Positions 40,239 to 54,726 of a DNA stretch of 64,000 nt are shown here, in pieces. Positions within the stretch are counted from its first letter, which is position 1, and every line of letters starts with the position of its first letter. Below the pieces are notes generated by a model. It was given only the letters and a program-made list of their open reading frames with translations. It was not told where the DNA came from and ran no database searches. The position numbers were made by a program, and so were the translations under genes. The stretch is taken from assembly GCA_951406725.2 (NCBI GenBank), contig OX597814.1:3472001-3536000 (forward strand). Reading direction: 5' to 3'. This DNA is from Octopus vulgaris. Lineage: Eukaryota.

Positions 40239-40495
40239 ATGGGAAAACGCTGCTCTTCTAAATGGAAACCTTACCTGTCATTGTGGCTTTGTGGCACAGA
40301 GCAAAGCAGGCCTAACCATTCACTCAAGAAAACACATAGTGAAGGATCCACAAGAACTCCAGCAAACTTGTTCCATTTGCCAAAAGGCTTGCAAGGCACC
40401 AAGAGGCCTCAACAGACATGTTCATATCCATAGATCAGGAACAACGTTTCATTTTACTGAACTGTCATGTGTCGTTCACGACGAAAGAATCCATC
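40239..40495 (+). mobile_element. LINE 3' end with C2H2-like fingers (RTE-like)
   Basis: CHCGFVAQSKAGLTIHSRKH...CSICQKACKAPRGLNRHVHIHR; diverged second copy at 39586-39680. Confidence 0.55.
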
Positions 40496-40971
40496 GGTTC
40501 TCCCTTCATTCCATCATTTTATCCTGACCAATAGCTAGCACACTTCTTTCTTCATTTATTTATTGTGTCTCTCTTCCCGCTTTTTTTTTTTCGCTTCCTG
40601 TTTTTGATTTGACCTTACAAGCACAATCCCAACTTTTAAATCACTTCAAAAAAACCTCGATCGAATAACACCGTTTACAAGACACTATGCTTGGGATGAC
40701 CAATTATGAACACCATTGGAACTCACACACAAAGTACAGGAAACTTATATATACACCATTCTAATTAAATAATGGAACTGTATATAAGCTCACTTTGAAA
40801 CACTGTTTTTGAGTTCAATATTACTGATGGTGGCTTATCTGGTATTCCTTGAAGGAATCTATCCAGACTCCGTTTAAAGTTGATGGGATCCTTTTCCTCT
40901 TTAGCTCAGATCAATCAATGACTTGTAAGTAAATTTGTTTGGCGGAAATTGTGTGAAACTTATCGTATAAT

Positions 40972-41076
<105 letters not shown>

Positions 41077-41221
41077 TGAGTGTATTTTTACCTTGTTAAC
41101 AATTAACACGGAAAAAATAAATAAATAGTTACCAGGGCAGCAAAAATCTCACAAGTAAAGGTGTTGTAACTCCTTGTTTATAAAGGTAGAAACTTCGTGT
41201 TTACGTTGAATATTTTGAATA

Positions 41222-41396
41222 ATATGAATAAAAAAAATGGAGTTAACGCAGGTGTAATCAAATATTTTTACTTTCGACACATTGCATTGTTTATACCATT
41301 TATTCTTTTGAATAGTATCAGTGGAATTTTCGAAACATGTGTCGAAAGTAAAATATTTGATTACACCTGCGTTAACTCTCATTTTTTTATTCATAT
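41222..41396. repeat. Inverted repeat, ~60-bp arms, 54-nt spacer (PLE end)
   Basis: 41222-41282 vs 41337-41396; contains GAAACATGTGTC, the hammerhead 3' half. Confidence 0.85.
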
Positions 41397-41499
41397 ATAT
41401 ATATATATATATAAAACTTAGATAAAACTTAGATATGTTTCGACCAAAGATTGGTCCAGGCCATGTCTAACTTAATAGCACCACCTGATAGGATTATCT

Positions 41500-41820
41500 A
41501 AATCCTGTTTAAGTCAGGTTTTGCCTATGGTCCATTCAAGTAGTGAGTTTTTGTTGGGTGAGTTGTATTCAATTATGGGTGGCTTATCTGGTATTCCTTG
41601 AAGGAATCTATCCAGACTCCGTTTAAAGTTGATGGGATCCTTTTCCTCTTTGATCTCTTTCGGGACAATGTTAAATAGGGCAGGGCCTGTTGGTGAAAAG
41701 AAATTATGTTGCAGTGTACATGTATGCTGTGATCTTGAATTGGGCAGGGGACGTATGGCCCGTGGTCCCAGTCTTGGATGAACCTTGAAGCTAATGTTCC
41801 GGTCGTTTGGGCAGGATTGT
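41500..41820 (-). mobile_element. CR1-like LINE 3' end
   Basis: GPALFNIVPKEIKEEKDPINFKRSLDRFLQGIPDKPP (FK..LD.FL..IPD.P motif); ~75 bp repeated at 40828-40902. Confidence 0.7.
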
Positions 41821-42331
41821 TAAAATAATATATATATAGCTGGTATGTAATTGCGCATTTGTTTCCGTGTACTATGTGTTGTGTGTAAAAAACATCCTGA
41901 CGAGGGGAGTATCCATTTTAAATATATGATATGTTTCATATTAATTGGCGCGTCTCCGAAACTTTTATGTATTTTTGTAAATTTGTATATTTATCTTCTA
42001 TGTATTTTTCTCTGAAATTTTAATTCGTCTTTTTAATATGTTATTGTATGTTTTATTACCCCAAATGTTTAATTTAACAAATTTATACCAAATGTTTTAC
42101 GAGTTTAAGCGAAAATTCAAGGTGTTATATTTGCAAAATTGATTCTCTTATATATTTATATATTTTTATATGATGTTTATATATTTATATATTACTATAC
42201 TATATTTTTAAACGTCGGGCTTTATATCTGTTCTGTTGATATAAATGAATATATGTATGTGTTTGATGTTTCTGTGGATTTTGTAGTGTTCTTGTAGTTG
42301 CTGCTCGCATTGCCTCCCCTCGGATTAAAAA

Positions 42332-42375
<44 letters not shown>

Positions 42376-42379
<4 letters not shown>

Positions 42380-43246
42380 GAAAGAATGGAGTCGAACGAA
42401 GATGTTAACAAAATTCCTTTACTCTCGACACATGTTTCGAAGACAGCATATTTTCATTCCGAAGGAATAAAGGGTGCATTATGCAATCTTCTCATCAGGA
42501 AAGAAAAGGAGCCTCTCTCGACAACAAGACAAACAAAAATTTCGATGATTGCCTACATGGTAAACAAAGCGATAATGAGTGTTTTTTTAAAAATCCGTTA
42601 GAAGAATTGATGTCAAAAATGGATAGTAGGAGGAAGAGAAGGGATAAAGTAAATATAGGTAGGGGACAGTATGTTTGCTGTGTGTATGGAAATGTGTGGG
42701 TGTGTACTTGTGTTAATGAGTGCGTGTGTTTGTGTGTATATGTGTGTATAACTGCATTTGTGTCTGTGTGTGTGACTGTGTGTGTGAGAGAGAGACAGAC
42801 GTCAAAGATAGATAGTAGTAAGGGAAGGTATAAAGGAGTAATAGGTAAGGAACAAGTGGAGAGGGAAGTGTACGTTGATTGAAAGAATGTTCGAAGGCTT
42901 AAGAAAGAATTTCTCTATAGCAGTGGGGTGGACGTGAAGCTAATTGTTCAAACCACAGTGACAACCGTTATCATTTATATGAGTAGAAAGTGTGTTTCTG
43001 CCAGTGTTTACATTTGTACGATTTTTCTATGAATGTGTTTACTAGGGGAACCTTAGCGAAAAGAATATGGAAGAGTTCAGAGTTACAAATGTTACAAAAT
43101 CTCCTGCCCTTATCAAAAGGAAAGGATACAGACAATATGAACCAATCTAACTTGAAAATGATATTGTTGTCTTTAAGACGCCAAACTAATTTACTTAGCT
43201 CTGTACTATGTCGTTTTTTCCTATCCCTGAATGTCGAATACTAACC
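42376..43246 (-). mobile_element. 5'-truncated Penelope-like element between (TA)n tracts (GIY-YIG C-terminus, UTR, hammerhead)
   Basis: Hand-translated open frame 43240-42971: [63 protein letters not shown]; hammerhead downstream. Confidence 0.8.
42422..42503 (-). ncRNA. Type I hammerhead ribozyme with canonical core
   Basis: CUUUC-CUGAUGA-GAAGA..GCAUA..[hairpin]..UAUGC..UCUUC-GAAA-C AUGU G-UC^GAGAG: 5-bp stem I, extended stem II, palindromic loop III. Confidence 0.8.
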
Positions 43247-43254
43247 ATTATGTA

Positions 43255-43294
<40 letters not shown>

Positions 43295-43299
43295 GTATA

Positions 43300-43343
<44 letters not shown>

Positions 43344-43371
43344 GCATATACGTATCCTATACGCATACACA

Positions 43372-43467
<96 letters not shown>

Positions 43468-44286
43468 CAACAGAATGCAAAAATTGGACAAGAACGTAAC
43501 AGGCGACAAGACATCCTGACAGTTAGATGCTACTAAAAGAGACAAGGACGGGTCATTCGGAGTTTTGTATCTTCAGTCGAATCCCGAATCTTCTCGGCCG
43601 TTTCGGCTGGTTATACTCGAGACAGCTCCAATCTGGTCAACCCCAAAGAAAATCTAAGCTAAGAGCACTAGATTTTCTTGGAAGGAAGCAGCGGATGTAT
43701 ACGAAAACAAGGACGGAATAAAACGGAGAAATGTTACACAAATACAAATGCAAACAACAGGACATTAACAACAGGTGTCTTTCGACTAAGGATGAATTAA
43801 ATTAAGTTGGCGTGTGTGGAAGTGAAGCCTTACAGCAGGGACATAAGAGACAACAGACGTGGGGAGGAATATAGATGTTGCACGGATGGTAGTCGAACCA
43901 AGAAAGAAAGTTCAGGCTTGGCTGAACACCGGTCACGTGGGGAGAGAAGAGAGGTAGAAGCAGAGGGACAGAAGAATTAGGGAGGGACGTGAAAAAGGGA
44001 CAGACTAAAGTGAAAGATGAAGGAAGGTGATAATGAAAGGAAGGCCAAGAAATGTGAGAGAGGGGGAGCGAAAGAAAGAAGAGTGGAAAGAACGAAGTAA
44101 GTGTGAAGGGGCTGAAAGAAAGAATGAAAGAATGAAAGAATGAAAGAATAAGAAAGTCGTACAAAATTTATATATATATGTACTTGCATATAAGAGACCA
44201 AAGTGTACGTACGCCACAATATGTATATAAAAAAAGAATACAAAAAATGGAACAAGAACGCATATATATATATATGCATACATACA

Positions 44287-44344
<58 letters not shown>

Positions 44345-44818
44345 CGTATATGTACATACATCTATATATATATATATGCATATGTGCAACTGGGACATCA
44401 CGAAAAGTGTACAACAAAAAATACGAAGTACGAGTACATGTAATATGAACTATTTTTTCGAACAGTGAAAGACACAAATAGAAAACAAGACAAACAACAC
44501 AAAGAACGACCCTTCATCAGCTGCTGCCTGTTTTTCTACTCTCGTATATCGAGCATTTAACAACAATATAGGCTTTCGATAAAGCAGTTGCTCCCGCTCA
44601 AAACAAATTTTTTAAAATTTGGGATTTTGCGGTGGGTTAAAATTGTTAAATACAAATAAGACAGTGAAAACAAACAGGAAGAGCTGCTAAACCTAAACGA
44701 GGTTGTGGTGGCGAACGTGTAAATCAAGCTTGGACAGGAGACAAACAAGAATACGTCTTCCTTGTTCTAGCTACAACAGAGAAAGAAAGAAAGAAACACA
44801 AGTTAGAGGGAAGATGTG

Positions 44819-44871
<53 letters not shown>

Positions 44872-44985
44872 ATTTGGGGCTGGTCATATTGCTATTTTGG
44901 CCCATGAAAACACATGCACGCTATATATTCAGTGTTCACTTGCTTCAGTTTATATTAGCTGTATTGCAATTGTATTGTATACCGA

Positions 44986-45027
<42 letters not shown>

Positions 45028-45297
45028 TACAAAATTAGAGAATTTGTAGTATTAATTTACGGTAATATTATTACCTTTACCCATATAATACAATAGATGA
45101 ACTGATTGTTTGACAATTTTTAACATCTATGTATTAATTTTGTTGGGTACCTATCTAGCAGTATATTGGATATATATTATCCCATGGTGGGTTGAATTTT
45201 CAACCCCTATCTCATTTATATATATATATATATATATATACAATGAAGACAAGACAAAAAATTCTTTAACAAAGCTTTAACACAGACATAGACTCAT

Positions 45298-45702
<405 letters not shown>

Positions 45703-45955
45703 TATAAGTCATTCCCGTTTTTTCGTGTGCACTCTAATAGATTTCTTGCTTGAAACAGCATCTGTGATGCAGTCCACACATACAGCGAGAGAGAGAAAGA
45801 GAAGAGGAATTGCGAGAGAGAGAGAGAGAGAGAGAGAAAGAAAGAGAAATGCATATATATATATTTAATTACATACGTTCACATAGATGTGTGTAGGTGT
45901 ATGGGTGTGTGTTTGTATATGTGTGTGTGTGCGTATAGGATACGTATATGCATAA

Positions 45956-45997
<42 letters not shown>

Positions 45998-46101
45998 CAT
46001 AATACTAAATGCTAGTATATGCAGGCATAAGTGTACGTGTATATATAGACACACACACACACACATACACATATAAATAATTATATAATATATATCTATC
46101 A

Positions 46102-46161
<60 letters not shown>

Positions 46162-46648
46162 ATATATAAATGTATATATATATGTATGTGTGTGTGTATG
46201 TTTGTGTGCGTATATATATATGTATATTTATTTGTGTGTGTCTGTGTGTGTGTGTGTAAGACAACAAAGACTCTCTGAAGACATTATTTCTTTAATAAAT
46301 TGAAAACAAAGAGGAAAAGGAAAATATGAAACTTTGAAATAATGAAATATTTTAAACAAGTTCCTTATCAACGTATCTGAGATTGTCTGCAGGAATTTTC
46401 ACCAAATAATACAAAATATGACATTACAACTGGGAATTTAGCAGATTATGTAGGTTGGGTGGGCCGGCGCGGGGAGGTGGGGCGGGCAACGATGGATATT
46501 GTGAGTGGTGGAGGCGGCGGCGGCGGTGGTGGTGGTGGTGGTGGTTTAGGTGGTGGTGGTGGTGGTGGTAACATCGTCGGCGGCGGTGACGTGTATCCTG
46601 TTATTTCGCTTTTCTAAAAAAATATTAATATACAAATACATATACGTA

Positions 46649-46694
<46 letters not shown>

Positions 46695-46861
46695 TGTGTG
46701 TGTATATTTAACAGTAAACTAATAATTCGTTATAGTACTCGCATTACTAGCGAAACTCTGAGTAGTTATCGAGAGTAATCTCAGCTATAAACAACATATA
46801 CATACATATATATATATATTATATAAATGTGTGTATACATGCAACATATATGTATATATAA

Positions 46862-46916
<55 letters not shown>

Positions 46917-46974
46917 TGTATATATATTGTATATCTATATGTATATCTATATGTATATATATGTATATATATAT

Positions 46975-47036
<62 letters not shown>

Positions 47037-47037
47037 C

Positions 47038-47195
47038 ATGTGGTACCCAAAAGAAACCGGAATTTTGCAATATCATTTCATTCACTTAGTTTCACATGTT
47101 TACACTTTTGTCGCCTCCAAAGTATTCTCTATTTCAAGCAATACATCAGTCCAGATGAGTTTTCCACTGCTCGAAGCAGTCCTGGAACTCTTGTG
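47038..47195 (-). mobile_element. Mariner 3' end fragment
   Basis: [25 protein letters not shown] plus TIR-like TTCCGGTTTCTTTTGGGTACCAC. Confidence 0.65.
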
Positions 47196-47377
47196 AAGTG
47201 ATGTTTCTTGTACTTGTACTGCCATTGTTATTATTGTTATTGTTGTATGTAAGGGAGATAACTCTTCAAGTTTCGGAATAAATATGTGTACAGAAAAAAG
47301 ACAGGTTTTAAAAAAGACACCTTCTTTAGAAGGGGATTTATGTACAGTGATGTAATATGTAAAAATATAAAAGTTGG

Positions 47378-47701
47378 TTATGCATGCATATTAAGAAGTG
47401 TTTTGTATTTTTCAATGAAAAAAGTTTCTTTATTTAAGCGTTCTAGTTGAGAGATTGTGTCTTAGCACTGGTAGAAAGGGAAGACTGTGAAATTTGGTTT
47501 GATGTTACCTGCACATTTTTCGATGTGTTCACTGAGAGGAATTTGTCTGTATTGCGGGAAACGGATTTGTTCCTTATGCAGAGTGATTCTCTTCCTCAAA
47601 GTTAAACTCGTTTGTCCAATGTGCTGATGACCGCAACCCGAGCAGGTTATTACATAAATTAAGTTCTCAGAGGCACAGGTGAAACTAGTTTTAATTGTGA
47701 A
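47378..47701 (-). mobile_element. Penelope-like (Neptune-type) GIY-YIG endonuclease remnant
   Basis: Hand translation FTIKTSFTCASENLIYVITCSGCGHQHIGQTSLTLRKRITLHKEQI..PLSEHIEKC..*..RLNKETFFIEKYKTLLNMHA*; one internal stop; begins at (TA)n. Confidence 0.85.
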
Positions 47702-47973
47702 CCATATATATATGTATGTAATGAATGTTGTACTTATGTGTGTGGATGAATATCTTTGCTGTTTAATCCTAATTTAGCCCTGAAGAAGCCATCAATGATA
47801 GAGATATTCCATCCATGACTATCCACATTTATTTATATGTTAGGGATACATCATTTACTGTCTTTCATTAGATCCTTCGACCCCCCCACACACACACACA
47901 CACCTCCCAATGGTCATGTGGAGCCCGGAAGAGAATCAGTTTTAGAAGAAAGAAAGAAGGAACGAAGGAAAAA

Positions 47974-48013
<40 letters not shown>

Positions 48014-48593
48014 AATAGAATCAATTCAAATTGAAAATGAAATAATGTTATAATAAAGCAAAATATTACTTAAAAGATTTCGTTTTCGTGTGTGTTTGCA
48101 AGATTCTTAATGTGAATTCGTGTGCTGAAGCATATTTTATTGTGTCTAGAGAATTACTTAAAAGAGTAAATTGTTATGTACTATTTGTAAATCTCACAAC
48201 GAGAGATATTCTGCAACAGTACTTTTGTAGATTGTCTGATGCATAAATGTGCGCCGTTAATATCTAGTAAATTAAAATAAAGAAAGTACTCAATACCTTA
48301 TAAATGCAATCCCGCTATTTCTTTTGATGTTTCAGTACAGTTTATTCTTATGCTTATACACATACACACACACGCATACACACAAACACATACACACATA
48401 CACATGCACACAAACACACATACACACACATATACACTACACGTACACACGCACACAAATACATACATATACACACACACGCGCACACACACATATACAC
48501 AAACACACATACATACATGCACACACATACACACAAAAACCCACATACAAATACACACACAAGCACAGACACAAACAAACGCGCACTCGCACT

Positions 48594-48663
<70 letters not shown>

Positions 48664-48784
48664 AACATATATATTTATATATATACAAACATGTATATAT
48701 TTATATATATATTTGCGTGTGTGCATATGTATGTACTTCTTGCACGTAGCTTTTATATACATTTCCAAGTAGGTTTATCTTTAT

Positions 48785-48864
<80 letters not shown>

Positions 48865-48966
48865 GGAGTAAACACATAAATGTGAAACAAGGTGGCAGAA
48901 AAGAGTACTCAAATACCAGGGTAGAGTAATATGCTTTATTTAAAAGCAGCAGAAATTCAACAAAAC

Positions 48967-49004
48967 CTGTTACTCGGAGTTTCACGTTCCCGTTCGTTGG
49001 ACAG
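48967..49004 (-). ncRNA. Minimal hammerhead-like motif, variant core
   Basis: CUGU-CCAACGA-ACG ggaa CGU-GAAA-CUCCGAG-UA-ACAG; all three stems intact, core degenerate. Confidence 0.55.
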
Positions 49005-49043
49005 TTCTGCTGCTTTCAAATAAAGTATATATATATATATATA

Positions 49044-49078
<35 letters not shown>

Positions 49079-49473
49079 AGAGAGAGAGAGAGAGGAGAGT
49101 GAGAGAGACAAATGAATGCGAAGCAGATGGCTACTTCAATAGATAGATAGATAGAGAGAGAGAGAGCTAGATACGAGGATAGAATGATAGATAGACATTT
49201 GTAGACATATTCAGTCAAAAAACACACATCCATGCAAGTGTTACGTGTGAAGCTTTTGAGAACTTGATACCGTTGTCATAGCGACACCTAAATTACATTT
49301 GTCATTGGTGTTGGATGTCACAGAGAGATTTGGTGACCAAGAGAGAGACGGATCAATGGCAGACACATGGGCTACGCGTGAGCGGGCATATACGTATGTG
49401 TGTGTGTGTGTATATGCATAAACATACATGTACTTGCAAAAACATGCACACACACATATAAACACATATATAC

Positions 49474-49547
<74 letters not shown>

Positions 49548-49688
49548 TATATCTATATATATATATATATATATATATTAGGGCATCTACGAGATACCAC
49601 CATGCTGAAAATAGCAGCCATGAACCGACTCTAAAACCATATGTGTGTATGTGTATGTGGGTTCGTTATTTTATTTTAAATTAACGAT

Positions 49689-49763
<75 letters not shown>

Positions 49764-49911
49764 CATATACACACATACATATATATATATTCTTTTATTC
49801 TCTTATTTGCTTGTCATTTGACTGCGGGCATGCTGGAGCACCGCCTTTAGTCGAGCAAATCGACCCGAGGACTTATTCTTTGTAAGCCTAGTACTTATTC
49901 TATTGTGAATA

Positions 49912-50582
49912 CTCCAAACGCCATGATGTTGACTGGATGTTTGATTTTTATCACTCTCGGTACATGTTTTGGGGACACGTCAAGCCGATGGCTTTTCTGT
50001 GCGTCACCACCTCATCCTAGCAGAAAATTTTCTCGTCTGAGAAAAACCAAATCGTGTTCGATTGGAGCGGATGCTTAAGTTTGTTCCAAAGCTTCGTAGC
50101 GTGGTGTTTCCTTTTGTCATTGAAGGCTTGAGATAAAAATTGGGCCTTTCTCGTCTATGAGGAAAGCCGAATGTTTCCATACACTACCTGCCTGTTAAGA
50201 AACTCAGACACTTCCATGTCCCTGACTATGGATCTCATTCACCAGGAGAGATCGTTGTCAATCATGGCCTGGAGCTCACCAACAAATTCAGATCTTTTCT
50301 TATCAGAACGATTAGAGTGAGTTTTCCGAGCTTCGTAATCACCACCAGACTCATCCAACTCTTTCCGAATCCTTTGCACTGTCCTCAGATTGGAGATTCT
50401 GCAATCAATACAGCATGTCATTTCCAAATTTGTGGCTGCGTGGATTTACGTCATAGTGCTGTTTTTTCTCACATACGGTACCCAACTGACCCTACTATAC
50501 TGTGTAGTCGACAAAATCAAAAACAATCTGCATGCGCGAAATGAAAAATATAAAATGACAATTTACTCATCACTCTCTCTGT
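49912..50582 (-). mobile_element. maT/DD37D-like transposon 5' part, same family as 36103-36908
   Basis: Shares CATGTACCGAGAGTGATAAAAATCAAA.ATCCAGTCAACATCATGG and the 5' terminal sequence. Confidence 0.75.
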
Positions 50583-50585
50583 GTG

Positions 50586-50640
<55 letters not shown>

Positions 50641-50821
50641 TAATTCGTTCGACTGCAGTCATACTGTAGCACCGTCATTTTAATCGGACAAATCGACCCC
50701 AGAACTTATTCTTTGTAAACCTAGTACTTATTCTATTGGTGTCTTTTGCCAAACCGCTAAGTTACGCGGACGTAAACAGACCAGCATCGGTTGTCAAGCG
50801 ATGGTGGGGAGCCAATCACTG

Positions 50822-51160
<339 letters not shown>

Positions 51161-51413
51161 TAATAATAATTTCTCAAATAACGAGAAGATGGATTCGGTA
51201 TTACTCTTTATATTGTACAACGGTCGTTTCGACCCATCCAGCTACTGTCCCTTATGGGTGGGACACCGTTCAGCATGTGTTGTATCAGTTTTGCAACCTG
51301 GGTATCATCGAGTACATGCAGACATAAATGTCTAGTTAAAGATCCTGAGTTTTGGCTGTTATGTTGTATGCCCGTATGGCTAGGGAATGAAACGTCACCA
51401 CAATATTCAAGGG

Positions 51414-51735
51414 GCACTCAGTCGGTTACGATGACGAGGGTCCCAGCTGATACGATCAACGGAACAGCTTGCTCATGAAATTAACGTGCAAGTGGCTGAG
51501 CACTCCACAGACACGTGTACCCTTAACTTAGTTCTCAGGGAGATTCATCGTGACAGAGAGTGTGACAAGGCTGGCCCCTTTGAAATACAGGTCCTACTCA
51601 TTTTTGCCAGTGGAGTGAACTGGAACAATATGAAAATAAAGTGTCTTGCTGAAGGACACAGCGCCTCGCTGGGAATTGAACTCACGACCTTACAATCGTG
51701 AGTCGAATGCCCCGAACCACTAAGCCACGCACCTT
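51414..51735 (-). mobile_element. SINE with family D head and family C tail
   Basis: Head as in 9480-9553, tail as in 26029-26210. Confidence 0.8.
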
Positions 51736-52183
51736 CACACTACAATATTCTGTTATCATTATGTGTGTGTGTGCATATATATATATACATACATACATCC
51801 TTTTAAATATATGTGTAGATGTGTGTGGGCGTGTATATGTGTGTGTATGCATCCTTAATTATACGTTCGCATTTCTGCACTCATTAAACCGCGACCATAC
51901 TGGAGCACCAGATAAAAACCTCCTTAGTCCGTCATACTGATTTCATTTCTACTTACAGTTTTGAACTTATTTTATCGCTACCTATTTATCGAATCGCTTG
52001 GTTAACATTATGTGTCAGGTTCATAGACGGTCACCGAGCATCAGATCCCAACTCAACTTACTGATTAAACCGGCAATGCCACAAACTGGGATTGAAACTG
52101 GTACCAAGTAGTCGCGAAGCGGGTCATTTTGGCCACATCGTTATGCCTGCGCTGCTTGCGTATATGCAGGCGCGAATTTGTGA

Positions 52184-52272
<89 letters not shown>

Positions 52273-52274
<2 letters not shown>

Positions 52275-52492
52275 ATTGTTTAAATCCATGGTACTCAGCC
52301 TTTTTAATATCCGGGTCTGATTCGAAACCTGGACATTTTAGTGGGGACATCAAAAAACATAGAACACAAGTCAATTAAAAAATAATTTATTATATTTATA
52401 GAGGAAAACCGACGAGGGCCGCCAGAAGGATACATGCGGCCCTCAGAACCGCAGTTGAGAACAGCTGGCTAAATGTTGATAACACTTGGTAA
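52273..52492. repeat. Copy 2 of the 220-bp duplication
   Basis: Offset 1332 bp; both copies are preceded by (TG)n. Confidence 0.8.
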
Positions 52493-52606
52493 GTAACAAA
52501 TGGGTAAGTAAAAAAAAGGGTTCGATAAACCCTATTCAAAATATAAGGGTTACATTCAGCACACACAGACGGGCTTATGTATGTCCTTGAATGTCGGTGC
52601 CTGTTG

Positions 52607-52701
<95 letters not shown>

Positions 52702-52802
52702 TGAGTGTGTGTGCGCGTGAAAATATGTGTGCGAATTTACTCACATGTATGAGAATGAATGGGTGTTAATATTTGTACGAATATATAATGTGCGTATAGG
52801 AA

Positions 52803-53010
52803 AGGGGCGAACTGGCAGAGCCGTTAGCAGACCAGCCGAAATACTTCGCAACCCTTCGTCCGACTTTGAGTTCGAATTCCGCCGAGGTTCACATTACCTT
52901 CTAATCCTTTTACTAGGTCGTCAAAATAAATACCTGTTGAGCAGTAAGGCCGATGTTGTCGACTTACCACCTCCTCCCAATTGCTCGCCTTAGGCCAAAT
53001 TTTGAAAACA
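52803..53010 (+). mobile_element. Diverged SINE family A (variant tail)
   Basis: GGGGCGAACTGGCAGA...GAGTTCGAATTCCGCCGAGGT. Confidence 0.7.
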
Positions 53011-53593
53011 ATATACATACACACAAATATATATATATATATATATATATAAATGTATATGTATATATGTGTGTCTGTACATCTCTAATTTTATGCAAGC
53101 ACTTTCCTTTTCGATCTAGTTTAAGCAGATGATGTTTCTAGACACCGGATTATATGTACATGTGCGTGTGTTTCGTATGCATATATACGTTTCGTATACA
53201 TATATATGAGCATTATGGACATATGTACGCACATATGTTTGTATGTATGTACAAACACACACACACACACACAATCTATACATACGTTTGTGTGTGCAGG
53301 TACGCTTGTATATGCTTCCAAATACATACATACATACATACACACGCGCAGACAAAGAGATATATACCAGCGCATACAAACGTGAACACACATATATGCG
53401 ATTTTGTATATACGTATGTGAACGTATATATATATATATGTGCGTGTGTGTGTGGGGGGGTATGTATGTATATATAACTATGTACATATGTATATATATG
53501 CTTACATATATATATATATATACCCACACATACATACACACATATGTATATATGTATATATGTATGTATATATATATATGTATATATGTATAA

Positions 53594-53661
<68 letters not shown>

Positions 53662-54062
53662 ATATGTATACATAGGGGCAAAGATCTTCATCAGAGATGT
53701 GTTGTATGGAAGGTTTGTTATCAGCGAGTGTAGGCGACATTTCTGGGGCTGGTTGAGACACATCTGCTTGTTACAGATGTTTTCTCCGACGGTAATGAGA
53801 AAACCTTAACTCGCCTTATCTCCACAATTATCAATGGATACACGCTTACAAATGCATGCAACGGTTTTATGTATGCAATGTGCGTGCAATGTGTACGTGT
53901 GCATGTATATATGTATGTTGCTTATGTGTGTGTGAGTGTGTGTTTGTGCATATGTGTCTCTGTGTGTGTGTGTGTGTACACGGACATATATGTATACGTT
54001 TCGACTTCTGAGTATACACTCACAAACGTAACACACAAATACGAAAATACTCATATACAAAC

Positions 54063-54134
<72 letters not shown>

Positions 54135-54350
54135 ACACACACACAAATATGTCACAATGTACATTCATATATACCTATTTGTATACTTTCAGCAAGATAT
54201 GGCATGTTTATGGATACACGTTTATGAAATGCAAATGTATATATATATATACACACACACATATATATATATACATATATGTATATGTGTATGTATGTTT
54301 GTATATATATATCTATATATATGCATATGTATACCTTACATATGAATAGT

Positions 54351-54726
54351 GGATGCGTAGTGGCCCAGTGGATAAGGCAGCGGACTCGCGGTCGTAGGAT
54401 CTCGGTTTCGATTCCCAGAACGGGTGTTGTGAATGTTTATTAAGCAAAAACACCTAAAGCTCCCGCAGGGGCTGGTGGCAAACCCTGCCGTACTCTTTCA
54501 CCACAACTATCTCTCGCTGTTTCTTCCTGTTTCTGTTTACCTGTATTTCAAAGGGGCCAGCCTTGTCACACTCCGTGTCACGCTGAATCTCCCCTGAGAA
54601 CTACGTTAAGGGTACATGTGTCTGTGAAGTGCTCAACCAACTTGTACCTTAGTTTCACAAGCAGGCTGTTCCGTTGATCGGATCGACTGGAGCCCTGTCC
54701 TCGTCGTCGTAACCGACGGAGTGCTA
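54351..54726 (+). mobile_element. SINE family C
   Basis: TGGCCCAGTGGATAAGGCAGCGGACTCGCGG head; CGTAACCGACGGAGTGC tail. Confidence 0.85.

Noticed and set aside
40239-40433. Host C2H2 zinc-finger gene exon
   Set aside because: No TGEKP linkers or splice sites; it fits a LINE C-terminal finger followed by a short 3' tail, with a second decayed copy nearby.
42435-42497. SECIS element overlapping the hammerhead (AUGA-N11-AA...GA), since some PLEs encode selenoproteins
   Set aside because: The AA-to-GA distance (~40 nt) is too long, AUGA/GA is inherent to any CUGAUGA hammerhead, and the visible ORF has no in-frame UGA.
53675-53870. Possible exon in a unique island (also 55040-55280 and 63190-63600)
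   Set aside because: No convincing splice-site pair or recognisable peptide in any frame.
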